A model generated the notes under the pieces. The model saw only the letters and a list, made by a program, of their open reading frames with translations. It had not been told where the DNA came from and searched no databases. 64,000 nt of DNA, taken from assembly GCA_963705105.1 (NCBI GenBank), contig CAVPIW010000007.1, positions 96,001 through 160,000 of the forward strand, in the 5' to 3' direction. A program made the position numbers and the translations under genes. How positions within the stretch are numbered: the first letter of the stretch is position 1; every line of letters begins with the position of its first letter. Source of the DNA: an uncultured Nitrospiraceae bacterium. GTDB taxonomy: Bacteria; Nitrospirota; Thermodesulfovibrionia; Thermodesulfovibrionales; Dissulfurispiraceae. Positions 20,608 through 29,381 of the stretch are shown piece after piece.

Positions 20608-20688
20608 TGCGCGCTTTGCGGCTTTGCGCGAGATGGTCTTTCACAGAGGCAGAACGGTCCGCCCGGGGAGCAGACCCTACATCATCAT
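20608..20688 (+). repeat. ~80-bp composite direct repeat, copy 1 of 3
   Basis: (CTTTGCG)n-GAGATGGTCTTTCACAGAG-AACGGTC..GAGCAGACCCTACAT; other copies at 21667-21750 and 24777-24857. Confidence 0.85.
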
Positions 20689-20758
20689 TACATCCCATTC
20701 AGCAAGCCTTTGAGCGCTTTATCACCTTTCCGAAGGCGTCTGCAATGATAAGGTAAAC

Positions 20759-20798
20759 TTGACATATATGCATAATATGGTCATACTCATGCATATAT
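20759..20798 (+). promoter_or_regulatory. vapBC promoter with overlapping inverted-repeat operator
   Basis: TTGACA, 17 bp, CATACT; inverted repeat ATATATGCAT (20764-20773) / ATGCATATAT (20789-20798). Confidence 0.75.
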
Positions 20799-20819
20799 AT
20801 GTAAGCGTGAGGTGAAGCC

Positions 20820-21011
20820 GTGAGAACAACACTGAACATTGAGGATCACCTGATCGAGAAGGCGTCCAGGATGACCGGGATCAAGGAAAAAACCACGCTG
20901 GTCAAACTCGGACTGGAGGCGTTAATCGCAAGAGAAAGCGGGAAGAGACTCGCAAAGCTGGGAGGAACGGAAAGGCAGCTCAAAGCCATACCACGGAGGA
21001 GAACTCTGTAA
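20820..21011 (+). CDS. vapB: Type II antitoxin, VapB family
   Basis: 'MRTTLNIEDHLIEKA...KEKT.LV..GL.ALI'; 63 aa directly upstream of a PIN toxin. Confidence 0.9.
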   Translation: MRTTLNIEDHLIEKASRMTGIKEKTTLVKLGLEALIARESGKRLAKLGGTERQLKAIPRRRTL

Positions 21012-21012
21012 A

Positions 21013-21384
21013 ATGGTGCTTGTCGATACATCCGTATGGGTCGTTCATCTGCGTGAAACGCATGGCCATCTCGCAGAATTGCTCAATAATGGAGACGTGG
21101 CATGTCATCCGTTCATTATCGGTGAGCTTGCATGCGGAAATCTCAAGAATAGGGCTGTGATACTCTCTCTTCTGCAGGACCTTCCCATGGTGTCCGCGGT
21201 GGAGCACGAAGAAGTGCTGGCGTTTATCGACGGTCATAGGCTTATGGGCAAGGGACTGGGCTACGTAGACGTTCATCTTCTCGCTTCTGCCGTCCTATCG
21301 GGCCTTCCGCTATGGACATTGGACAAGAGACTGAGTCAGGTTGCCGACATGCTGCGGCTCAAATACGACAAGAAATCCGGATAA
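21013..21384 (+). CDS. vapC: PIN-domain toxin, VapC family
   Basis: 'VLVDTSVW', 'IGELACG', 'VDVHLLAS', 'LWTLDK'. Confidence 0.92.
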   Translation: MVLVDTSVWVVHLRETHGHLAELLNNGDVACHPFIIGELACGNLKNRAVILSLLQDLPMVSAVEHEEVLAFIDGHRLMGKGLGYVDVHLLASAVLSGLPLWTLDKRLSQVADMLRLKYDKKSG

Positions 21385-21401
21385 ATATCTGCACCAAATT
21401 A

Positions 21402-21616
21402 ACTTTGTAGTTGCATAGAAAGGCGGGGCGAAGCGCCTCAAAGCCTTGCTGAAGGCGACGATGCGCCTCGTCAGGTTTGTCTTTCAGGATTCCACTCTTC
21501 GTGTGATCGACCATTGGCTTGAAAGGTTGTCTTCTATGAGGGTTGCGGTGTCGCCGCATCAAGGTTTTCGGCGCATACACCCCGCCTTTCCCGGGAGTGT
21601 ATTGCAAAGATAAGGT
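21402..21616 (-). repeat. Modular inverted-repeat element copy D
   Basis: TTGCATAGAAAGGCGGGGCGAAGCGCC ... CCCCGCCTTTCCC..TTGCAAAGATAAGGT; same layout as copy J. Confidence 0.9.
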
Positions 21617-21666
21617 GTTACCCCCTTTCCAAAGGGGGAATAGAATAGGTAGTTGTTTCTATATAT

Positions 21667-21750
21667 CTTTGCGCGCTTTGCGGCTTTTCGCGGGATGGTC
21701 TTTCACAGAGACAAAACGGTCTGCTCCCCGAGCAGACCCTACATCGTCAT
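21667..21750 (+). repeat. ~80-bp composite direct repeat, copy 2 of 3
   Basis: See 20608; hairpin GGTCTGCTC-CCC-GAGCAGACC. Confidence 0.85.
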
Positions 21751-21897
21751 CTAAACGTCATACTCAGCAGGACGCTGAAGCTCTTGCCTTTTTATGCAAA
21801 GACTGGGTTATATTCTTGATACCGATGTCACGCAGCCGCCGGTATGATCCGGTGAGCTGCCCACGGCCGAAAACAGCGATGCGGGGCCCAAAGCACC

Positions 21898-24744
21898 TTG
21901 CAAATTCTCGAATACATTGATCTCGACCGTTCCCGGGTGGCCCGTCAGTATCAAAAGCTGATCGGCTACCTCGAGCAGGATGATTTCAAGTCCGCCGACG
22001 TCAGGAAACTGCAGGAGTATGATCTCTACCGGGCGAAGCTCGATGACAGCAACCGTCTCATATTCAAGATCGTCACGTTCAAAGGGACCAGGTATGCGCT
22101 GATCCTCGATGTAGTGCTCAATCATGCCTATGACAAATCGAAATTCCTCAGAGGCGCCCGCATAGACGAATCGAAAATCCCTCTCCTTGAACAGTCGCAG
22201 CTTGATAAAGAACCACTCCCGGCGGTCATTTACCTCAACCCGTCGGGACCGCGCTTTCACCTCCTCGACAAGGTCATTTCCTTCGATCCGGAGCAGCAGG
22301 GCATCTACATCCACACCCCTCCTGTGATCATCATCGGCCCCGCGGGGAGCGGGAAAACCGCGCTCACCCTCGAAAAGATGAAGCGGTCCCACGGTCAGGT
22401 CCTCTACGTAACACTGTCTCCCTACCTTGCCGACAACGCGAGGAACATTTACTACGCCAACCACTATGAAAACGATGACCAGGAGATTTCGTTCCTGTCT
22501 TTCAGGGAATTCCTCGAGACGATACGCGTGCCTGACGGCAGGGAGATCAAATACAGCGTCTTCGCCAAATGGCTCCTGCGGTTCCCCCGGCAGCAGCGAG
22601 TCGCCGACGCTCATCGCCTGTACGAAGAGTTTCGCGGCGTTATCACCGGCTCGATCGTCGACAGGCCCTGGCTGAGCCGCGAGGAGTACCGGGACCTCGG
22701 CGTCCGCCGGTCCATCTACCTCGCCCAGGAGCGCGACCTCGTCTATACGCTCTTCGAAAAGTACCTCGCCTTTCTGAAGGAGAACGGGTATTACGATCCC
22801 AACATCCTTGCCCACCGGTATCTGGAGCATGCCACGCAGACCTATGACCTGGTCGTCGTCGACGAAGTGCAGGACATCACGAATGTGCAGCTCCAGCTTA
22901 TTCTGAGAAGCCTCCGGAAGGCCGATCAATTCATCCTGTGCGGCGACTCCAACCAGATCGTCCATCCCAATTTCTTCTCCTGGAGCAATCTCAAGTCCAT
23001 GCTCTATAGCGCAGAGTCGCTTAACATCCACAAAGTGATACGGATCCTGCAGTCCAATTTCCGCAATTCACAGGCCGTAACGGACCTTGCGAACAAGCTC
23101 CTCCGGATCAAGCAGAAACGATTCGGGTCCGTCGACAGGGAGAGCACCTATCTCATGAACAGCCTGTCCGAAGAGGCGGGCGAGGTCGTCTTCATGAGGG
23201 ACACGGACAGGGTCAAGAGGGACCTGAACCAGAAGACGCGGCGGTCCACGAAATTTGCGGTGCTGGTGATGCGCGACGAGGAGAAGGAATCGGTGCGCCG
23301 TTTCTTCGACACGCCCCTGCTGTTCAGCATCAAGGAGGCCAAGGGGCTCGAGTATGAGAACGTCATCCTTCTGAACTTCGTCTCCGGCGAGCGGGCCAAC
23401 TTCCGGGAGATCATCAGCGGCGTCACCCCCGATGATATGAAGGGTGACCTGCAGTACATGAGGGCCTCCGACAAGAGCGACAAATCCCTCGAGGTCTATA
23501 AGTTCTTCGTCAACTCCCTCTATGTCGCCGTCACCCGCGCCGTCAGGAATCTCTATCTGATCGAGAGCGATACGGGCCATCCGCTGCTCGATATGCTCGG
23601 GGTACGGAATGCCCGGGAGCAGGTGACCGTCGATGCGAAGCAGTCAAGCATGGAGGACTGGCAGTCCGAGGCCCGCAAGCTGGAGCTGCAGGGAAGGCAG
23701 GAGCAGGCCGATGAGATCAGGCGCGACATCCTGAAGACCCGGCCTGTTCCCTGGGACGTGTGCACGCCCGCCCACATCATCGATCTGATCGCACGGGCAA
23801 AAGACGCGAGGGATGTCTCACAAAAACCGAAAAAGACACTGTTCGAGTATGGACTCTTTTACGATGAGCCGGCGCTGATCGAGCTGCTCAGCGTCCACGG
23901 ATTTGACAAGGCGAAGCAGATCTATTACCTGCGTGAGGGCAGACGGGGGTTTAACCGTTCACTCTACGAACAGCAGAGGGGACACCTCGTTACCCGGTAT
24001 CTGCAGCCCTATGCCGGCAAGTTCTATAAGGACATTATCGATCAGTGCGAGATGTATGGCGCCGATCACCGCGCCGTCTTCAACAAGACGCCCCTGATGA
24101 TCGCCGCCGCCTCAGGAAATGCCCCCCTCATTCAGGAATTGCTACGGGCCGGCGCCGATCCGGAGCTGACGGACAATTGCGGCATCACGGCATGGCAGGG
24201 CGCCCTGCAGCGGGCCGCCCGGGATGAACATTTCGCTGCAGCATCATTCCCGGCAGTGCACGAAATGCTCGTACCGTCAAGCGTGAGCGTAAAGGTCGAC
24301 GACAGGCTGATCAAGATCGATCGCAGTCAGGGAGAATTCCTGCTCTTTCATCTCTTCTTCGTCCTCCTGCGCAGGCGGATCAACCATCAACTGCCCGACG
24401 ACATCCCACTGACAGCCGTAATCCTTTCCGATGTAACAGCAAAGCTACCCGACGGCATCGTCCCCACCTTTAGGAAAAAGCGCACCTATATATCGTCGCT
24501 GCTTTCCAAAAACGAGATCGACAGCACCAATCCATACGGCAGGAAACTGTTCAGCAGAAAAAGGACAGGTCGTTACATTCTGAATCCGGGACTTGCCGTG
24601 CGCCTGAAAGAGGAGTGGGTCGACATATATCGCCTTGCCGGTCTTGAGCTTCTCTCCCATATCGGATCGGAAAGCGGCGGTCGTTTCCGTGCCGGCCTCC
24701 TGTCCCTGATTTCCGTTGATGAACCGCAGGAAAAACACGTGTGA
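21898..24744 (+). CDS. SF1 (UvrD-like) helicase with RelE-like N-terminus and ankyrin repeat
   Basis: 'GPAGSGKT', 'VVDEVQD', 'CGDSNQ', 'SNFRNS', 'AKGLEYE', 'LYVAVTRA'; ankyrin 'TPLMIAAASGN..LIQELLRAGAD'; the N-terminal domain assignment is inference. Confidence 0.85.
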   Translation: MQILEYIDLDRSRVARQYQKLIGYLEQDDFKSADVRKLQEYDLYRAKLDDSNRLIFKIVTFKGTRYALILDVVLNHAYDKSKFLRGARIDESKIPLLEQSQLDKEPLPAVIYLNPSGPRFHLLDKVISFDPEQQGIYIHTPPVIIIGPAGSGKTALTLEKMKRSHGQVLYVTLSPYLADNARNIYYANHYENDDQEISFLSFREFLETIRVPDGREIKYSVFAKWLLRFPRQQRVADAHRLYEEFRGVITGSIVDRPWLSREEYRDLGVRRSIYLAQERDLVYTLFEKYLAFLKENGYYDPNILAHRYLEHATQTYDLVVVDEVQDITNVQLQLILRSLRKADQFILCGDSNQIVHPNFFSWSNLKSMLYSAESLNIHKVIRILQSNFRNSQAVTDLANKLLRIKQKRFGSVDRESTYLMNSLSEEAGEVVFMRDTDRVKRDLNQKTRRSTKFAVLVMRDEEKESVRRFFDTPLLFSIKEAKGLEYENVILLNFVSGERANFREIISGVTPDDMKGDLQYMRASDKSDKSLEVYKFFVNSLYVAVTRAVRNLYLIESDTGHPLLDMLGVRNAREQVTVDAKQSSMEDWQSEARKLELQGRQEQADEIRRDILKTRPVPWDVCTPAHIIDLIARAKDARDVSQKPKKTLFEYGLFYDEPALIELLSVHGFDKAKQIYYLREGRRGFNRSLYEQQRGHLVTRYLQPYAGKFYKDIIDQCEMYGADHRAVFNKTPLMIAAASGNAPLIQELLRAGADPELTDNCGITAWQGALQRAARDEHFAAASFPAVHEMLVPSSVSVKVDDRLIKIDRSQGEFLLFHLFFVLLRRRINHQLPDDIPLTAVILSDVTAKLPDGIVPTFRKKRTYISSLLSKNEIDSTNPYGRKLFSRKRTGRYILNPGLAVRLKEEWVDIYRLAGLELLSHIGSESGGRFRAGLLSLISVDEPQEKHV

Positions 24745-24776
24745 AGATCCTGCAGATGTCTTCTATTTTGTTCTTT

Positions 24777-24857
24777 CTTTGCGCTCTTTGAGGCTTTGCG
24801 CGAGATAGCTTTGCGTGTCTGAGACAGAACGGTCTGCTCGGAGAGCAGACCCTACAT
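24777..24857 (+). repeat. ~80-bp composite direct repeat, copy 3 of 3
   Basis: See 20608; hairpin GGTCTGCTC-GGA-GAGCAGACC. Confidence 0.8.
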
Positions 24858-24884
24858 AAAGATCAAGGATCAGGGATGGGTCGA

Positions 24885-25685
24885 TCAGGCGGGCGGGGAC
24901 TCGCCGGTGAGGACCGGCGCGAAATGCTCGCGGGCACAGTCCGCACACAGGGAATGCACGAGCTTCGGACCTTCATGCTTGTGCAGCGATGACGTGACGA
25001 AATCGAGGAACTTCTGCGTCGTGAACGCCTTGCCGCACTCCGGGCACCGAATGAGGGGCAATGTATTCACGACTTTCCCGTAGAGGTAGACCTTTCTCTC
25101 GTCGCCCTCGTCCTCGACACGGATGACGCCGATGGGGCAGAGGCTTGCGCAGGACCCGCAGCCGATGCAAAATTCAGCGGACATGCCGATGAATTCCGCC
25201 ACCCTGTCCCGGTTCTCACCCGTCGTCCTGAAGGAGAGCGCCGAGGCGCCGATCCTGTCTTTGCAGACCCTCACGCAGAGCCCGCAGAGGACGCAATCGT
25301 CCACCTTGGGCGCCCGGAACGGTGTCGTATCGACGCCGAGTTTGTGCGCGAGATTCATGAGCTTTTCCGTAATGGGCGTGCTGGCGAGAAGGAGCTCGAC
25401 GATCCTCCTCCTGGCTTCCAGGACTGTGGCAGATTCCGTTTCAACGGACAGCCCTTCGAAAACCCGCAGGTTGCAGGACGACAGGATCGCCTTCCCGAAG
25501 GCCGGTCCGACCGCCTCGACGATGCAGAGCCTGCAGACCCCGTAGGGACCGAGGGCTTCGTGGTAGCAGAGGGTCGGGATGTCGATCCCATCCCGCCTTG
25601 CGGCGTCGAGCACCGTCATCCCCTCATCGACCTGTATGTCCTTCCCGTTCAGCCTGATCGTCACCATATCGTTTTCACCTGTCAT
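24885..25685 (-). CDS. NuoG/HoxU-like Fe-S protein ([2Fe-2S] + 2x[4Fe-4S] + extra CxxC pair)
   Basis: 'IPTLC..CRLC..SSC', 'CVLCGLCVRVC', 'CIGCGSCASLCP', 'CPECG...CADC'. Confidence 0.88.
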   Translation of the reverse strand: MTGENDMVTIRLNGKDIQVDEGMTVLDAARRDGIDIPTLCYHEALGPYGVCRLCIVEAVGPAFGKAILSSCNLRVFEGLSVETESATVLEARRRIVELLLASTPITEKLMNLAHKLGVDTTPFRAPKVDDCVLCGLCVRVCKDRIGASALSFRTTGENRDRVAEFIGMSAEFCIGCGSCASLCPIGVIRVEDEGDERKVYLYGKVVNTLPLIRCPECGKAFTTQKFLDFVTSSLHKHEGPKLVHSLCADCAREHFAPVLTGESPPA

Positions 25686-25707
25686 TAAGTCACTGAGTCA
25701 TTCTATA

Positions 25708-25991
25708 ACCTTATCGTTGCAATACACTTCCGGGAAAGGCGGGGCGTATGCGCCGAAAACCTTGCTGCGGCGACACCATAACTCTCACAGAAGACATCCT
25801 TTCAAACCAATGGTCGATGCCACAAAGAATTGACTCCTGTAGGGGCCGTCCCCCGAACCGCCCCTACATTAATGACGCGTCCCATACGGATCATTTCAGG
25901 CAAAGGGCTGAAGAAAATTAACCTTTTACGGACACTCACACTGCCACTGACACTGTTTTTCAGAGCGCTTCGCCACGCCTTTTCACGCAAC
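25708..25991 (+). repeat. Modular inverted-repeat element copy E (contains a GTAGGGGC...GCCCCTAC REP)
   Basis: Family termini; same layout as copy G. Confidence 0.9.
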
Positions 25992-26003
25992 TTTAATTGA
26001 TCT

Positions 26004-26513
26004 CTAATACGGAATATTCTCGGCGATTTCCTTTGCGAACCTCTCGCGCTTCAGCTCCGACGCCTCCGACGCCGAGATCCACCGGAGGGCATGGGCCGTG
26101 CATTTTGTGACGCAGGCCGGCTTCAGGCCCCTGTCGACCCTGTCCTTGCAGTAGTCGCACTTCTTCACCCTGCCGGCGCCGGCCTCCCACTGGGGCACAC
26201 CCCAGGGGCACGCGGTGACGCAGGCCTTGCAGCCGACGCAGAGGTTCTGGTCGACGAAGACGATGCCGTCCTTCGCCCTTTTCTGCATCGCCCCCGTCGG
26301 GCAGGCCGACACGCACCACGGCTTCTCGCAGTGGAAGCAGGGCATGAAGACGAACTGCAGCTTCGGGATCTCCCTCACCATCTTGGGCCCCACCTGGATG
26401 ATCCGGCAGAAACGCGGTCCCGCCGGGAGATCGTTCTTCGATTTGCAGTGGACCTCGCAGGCGTAACAGCCGATGCAGCGTTTCTGGTCCTGATATATGT
26501 AATAGGTGCTCAC
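26004..26513 (-). CDS. 4x[4Fe-4S] subunit of a molybdopterin oxidoreductase (PhsB/PsrB-like)
   Basis: 'CIGCYACEVHC', 'CFHCEKPWCVSACP', 'CVGCKACVTACP', 'KCDYC...PACVTKC'. Confidence 0.92.
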   Translation of the reverse strand: MSTYYIYQDQKRCIGCYACEVHCKSKNDLPAGPRFCRIIQVGPKMVREIPKLQFVFMPCFHCEKPWCVSACPTGAMQKRAKDGIVFVDQNLCVGCKACVTACPWGVPQWEAGAGRVKKCDYCKDRVDRGLKPACVTKCTAHALRWISASEASELKRERFAKEIAENIPY

Positions 26514-26525
26514 GTCTCTTTCCTC

Positions 26526-28604
26526 CTATGCCTTCCTGATCTTGACCATGCATTCGAGGTATGCAACCCCGCCGCCCACGGGATCGACCGTCTCGAGGAG
26601 TCCCACCTCGAAGTTCGTCTCCCGGAGACCCTTCCCGAAGGAGCGTGTCTTGAGGGGGATGTCGCTGCCGAAACCATGGAGCATGAAGACGGCTTCGGGA
26701 TGAATGTACGGTGTCACCCTGGCCCTGATCCTCCCCGCATACTCGTCAGCGCTCACCTCGACTGTGTCACCGTCTTTGATACCGAGCTTAGTGGCCTCGC
26801 CGTCGTTGATCCAGAGGGTGTTCTCCGGGATGATCTCGTTCAGGATGGGATTGTTCTGGGACTGGGCATGAGTGTGAACAGCCGTCCTGCCGAAGGTGAG
26901 CCGGAAGGACCCCTCGTCCGGCTTCCTCGGAGACACATAGGGCCTGAGGGATTCAAAACCGCCTTTTGCGATCATCGACGAGACGATCTCGATCTTTCCT
27001 GAGGGCGTCTTGAATTTCAGGCTTCCCCTGTCCATGAGGATGGGGTTCTTCGCGAGCGTCACGAGGCCCTTTGCGTCGAAGTCCCCGATGCCGACGCCCG
27101 TCCCCTCAAGCTGATAGTTCCAGATCTCCTCGATGCTCGCGTAGGGGAAATACTGACCGGCGCCCATGCGCCCGGCGATGAGGGTGAAGATCTCCCAGGC
27201 CGGCTTGCTGTCATAGCGGGGCGGGACGGCCTGCCGTCTCATGATGAACCCCGGCTTGGCGCCCTTTTGCGTGGCGATGATGTTGGACCGCTCGAGATAG
27301 GTGTTTTCAGGCAGGATGACGTCGGCGAACCAGCCCGTCTGGCTGTAGTTCACGTCGATCGAGACAAGCAGGTCCAGGTTGTCGAGGACCCTCTTCTGGG
27401 CCTCCGGGTCCGGAAGAGAGGCGACGGGGTCGTACCGGTAGGCGAAGAGGGCCTTGACCGGATAGGGCTCGCCCGTCCTGATGGCTTTGTAAAGATTGAC
27501 GACGTGGCCAGTCCCGAGGGTCTTGTTCGGCATGGCCGCATCAACGATCTTGTCCTTCACGTCGGGAATATTTTCTCCGAGGGAGCGGAGGCCCTTGGCC
27601 CCGGCATCCTTCGGTCCTTTGGCGATGATGATGCCCCCCTTCGTCTCGATGCTTCCCATGAGCGCATTGAGCAGGTAGAGCGACCGGCTCGCGTAAAAGG
27701 AGTCGATGTAGCGGGAGAGCATCCAGCCGCCGTGGAAGATCACCTTCGGCTTGGCATCGCTCGTCTCTCTGGCGAGATTGACGATCTCGAAGGCGGGGAT
27801 GCCCGTCTCCTTCTCCGCCCATTCCGGCGTGTAGGGGGTGACGAACTCCTCAAGCTCCCTGAGTCCCGTGACGTAGGCATTGACGAAGTCGGCGTCGTAG
27901 AGTTTCTCCTTCAGGATGACATGGATCAGCGCGAGGATCATGGCATAGTCCGTCCCCGGCCTGATCATGAGGAACTTGTCGGCCTTCGATGCCGTGACGG
28001 TCGCCCTGACATCGATATATGTCATCTTCGCCCCCGCCTCCATGGCGTCGAGGATGAGGTTCACCTCTTTCACCTGGATCGATTCGAAGACGTTTCTTCC
28101 AAAGAGGACGATGTGCTTCGTGTTCGCGAAGTCGTAGCTCATGTCGCCGCGGCCGTAGCCGAAGAGCGACTGGCAGGCCATGTTCACGTTCTTGGCGCAG
28201 GTATCGTCGTGGTCGAAATAGTTCGGCGTGCCCAGGGCCTTGAGGAAGCTCTTGGTGAGATCGGTGAAGGGTCCGCCGCGGTCCGCCAGGGCGATCGCCC
28301 GTGCGCCCTGTTTTTCCCTGACCGCCTTCAGCTTCTCCGTTATGTAATCGAGGGCCTCGTCCCAGCTTGCCTTTCTCCACTGGCCCGATCCCCGGGGACC
28401 GACGCGCAGCAGGGGCGTCTGGGGCCTCTCCGTGTCATATTCGAAGGCTATGCCCGCCGACCCCTTGGCGCAGAGGGCGCCCTCTATGCCCGGCACGTGG
28501 GGGTTTCCCTCGATCCACGTGACGGCGCCGTTTTCCACTTCCACCTTTATGGGACAGCGCACGGCGCACATGCCGCACATGCTGTAGACCTCTTTCACTG
28601 CCAT
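26526..28604 (-). CDS. Mo-bisPGD oxidoreductase catalytic subunit, thiosulfate/polysulfide reductase (PhsA/PsrA)-like, no Tat signal
   Basis: 'CGMCAVRC...LCAKG' FS0 cluster; 'SWDEALD'; 'HDDTC' Cys ligand position; 'ADVILPE.TYLER'; 'TPSGKIEI'; start set at ATG 28604 by GGAGG spacing. Confidence 0.85.
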   Translation of the reverse strand: MAVKEVYSMCGMCAVRCPIKVEVENGAVTWIEGNPHVPGIEGALCAKGSAGIAFEYDTERPQTPLLRVGPRGSGQWRKASWDEALDYITEKLKAVREKQGARAIALADRGGPFTDLTKSFLKALGTPNYFDHDDTCAKNVNMACQSLFGYGRGDMSYDFANTKHIVLFGRNVFESIQVKEVNLILDAMEAGAKMTYIDVRATVTASKADKFLMIRPGTDYAMILALIHVILKEKLYDADFVNAYVTGLRELEEFVTPYTPEWAEKETGIPAFEIVNLARETSDAKPKVIFHGGWMLSRYIDSFYASRSLYLLNALMGSIETKGGIIIAKGPKDAGAKGLRSLGENIPDVKDKIVDAAMPNKTLGTGHVVNLYKAIRTGEPYPVKALFAYRYDPVASLPDPEAQKRVLDNLDLLVSIDVNYSQTGWFADVILPENTYLERSNIIATQKGAKPGFIMRRQAVPPRYDSKPAWEIFTLIAGRMGAGQYFPYASIEEIWNYQLEGTGVGIGDFDAKGLVTLAKNPILMDRGSLKFKTPSGKIEIVSSMIAKGGFESLRPYVSPRKPDEGSFRLTFGRTAVHTHAQSQNNPILNEIIPENTLWINDGEATKLGIKDGDTVEVSADEYAGRIRARVTPYIHPEAVFMLHGFGSDIPLKTRSFGKGLRETNFEVGLLETVDPVGGGVAYLECMVKIRKA

Positions 28605-28629
28605 CTCCATCCTCCCGATGTCTTTCCGC

Positions 28630-28946
28630 AATTGCTACACAGGCCCCCGAAAAGGGCGGGGCGAAGATGCCGCTATAAAAGGCATAGTCATTGGTCGGCA
28701 GTCGCCAGTCGGAACAAGGCCACAAACACCCAGACGTAAAGGCTGATGTGGTGAAAAGCCTTTCCGCTACGATACCTTGTTCATCACCAGACCACACTTT
28801 GCCGTGTCGATTGACACCATAGCCCTTCAGGCTGCAGGCGCTTAACACCGTAGAAATGTCTCATCATCGCATTGGAAAGGCTTTGAACCATATCTGCCTT
28901 CCCGGCGGAGGCGCTTCGCCACGCCTTTTCATTCCAACAACAAGGT
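28630..28946 (+). repeat. Modular inverted-repeat element copy F
   Basis: GAAAAGGGCGGGGCG ... CGCCACGCCTTTTCATTCCAACAACAAGGT; modules shared with C, H, L. Confidence 0.88.
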
Positions 28947-28973
28947 CTCTACGATCCTGCCTATTATAGCCCT

Positions 28974-29363
28974 TTAAAACAGGCCGAGTAAATTAAAGGC
29001 AAGGATAAGCAGTCCGACGACGGCCACCCTCTTGACCACGGTCGGGCTCACCCGCTTTGCGATCTGCGGTGCGATGAAGCCTCCCAGGATCGCGGCGGGG
29101 AACATGATGAGGAAGAAGAGCAGGTCGAAGTTTCCGAACTGGTAGTGGCGCATCGACCCCATGAGTGTGTTGAAGAAGATCGCCAGGAGCGAGCTCCCGA
29201 CGACGACGTACATCGGCAGGCGCAGACCGACGGTCATGAGGGGGACCATGAAGGGTCCTCCGCCGAACCCGAACATGGACGCGACGATGGCGATAACAAA
29301 TCCTCCCAGGCACCCGAGCAGTATATTGACCTTAAATTCCTGACCCCAGAATTCGACTATCAT
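28974..29363 (-). CDS. TSUP/TauE-SafE family transporter, half-size subunit
   Basis: 'SMFGFGGGPFMVP', 'VVGSSL'; about 4 TM helices. Confidence 0.85.
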   Translation of the reverse strand: MIVEFWGQEFKVNILLGCLGGFVIAIVASMFGFGGGPFMVPLMTVGLRLPMYVVVGSSLLAIFFNTLMGSMRHYQFGNFDLLFFLIMFPAAILGGFIAPQIAKRVSPTVVKRVAVVGLLILAFNLLGLF

Positions 29364-29381
29364 TGTTCCTTTCCTCCTTCT

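Noticed and set aside
20608..24857. Classical integron
   Set aside because: No integron integrase and the repeats lack RYYYAAC/GTTRRRY attC ends; kept only as a cassette-like layout
26526..28604. Selenocysteine recoding in the Mo enzyme or Qmo subunits, prompted by selB
   Set aside because: These ORFs are full length with Cys at the expected positions and no in-frame TGA
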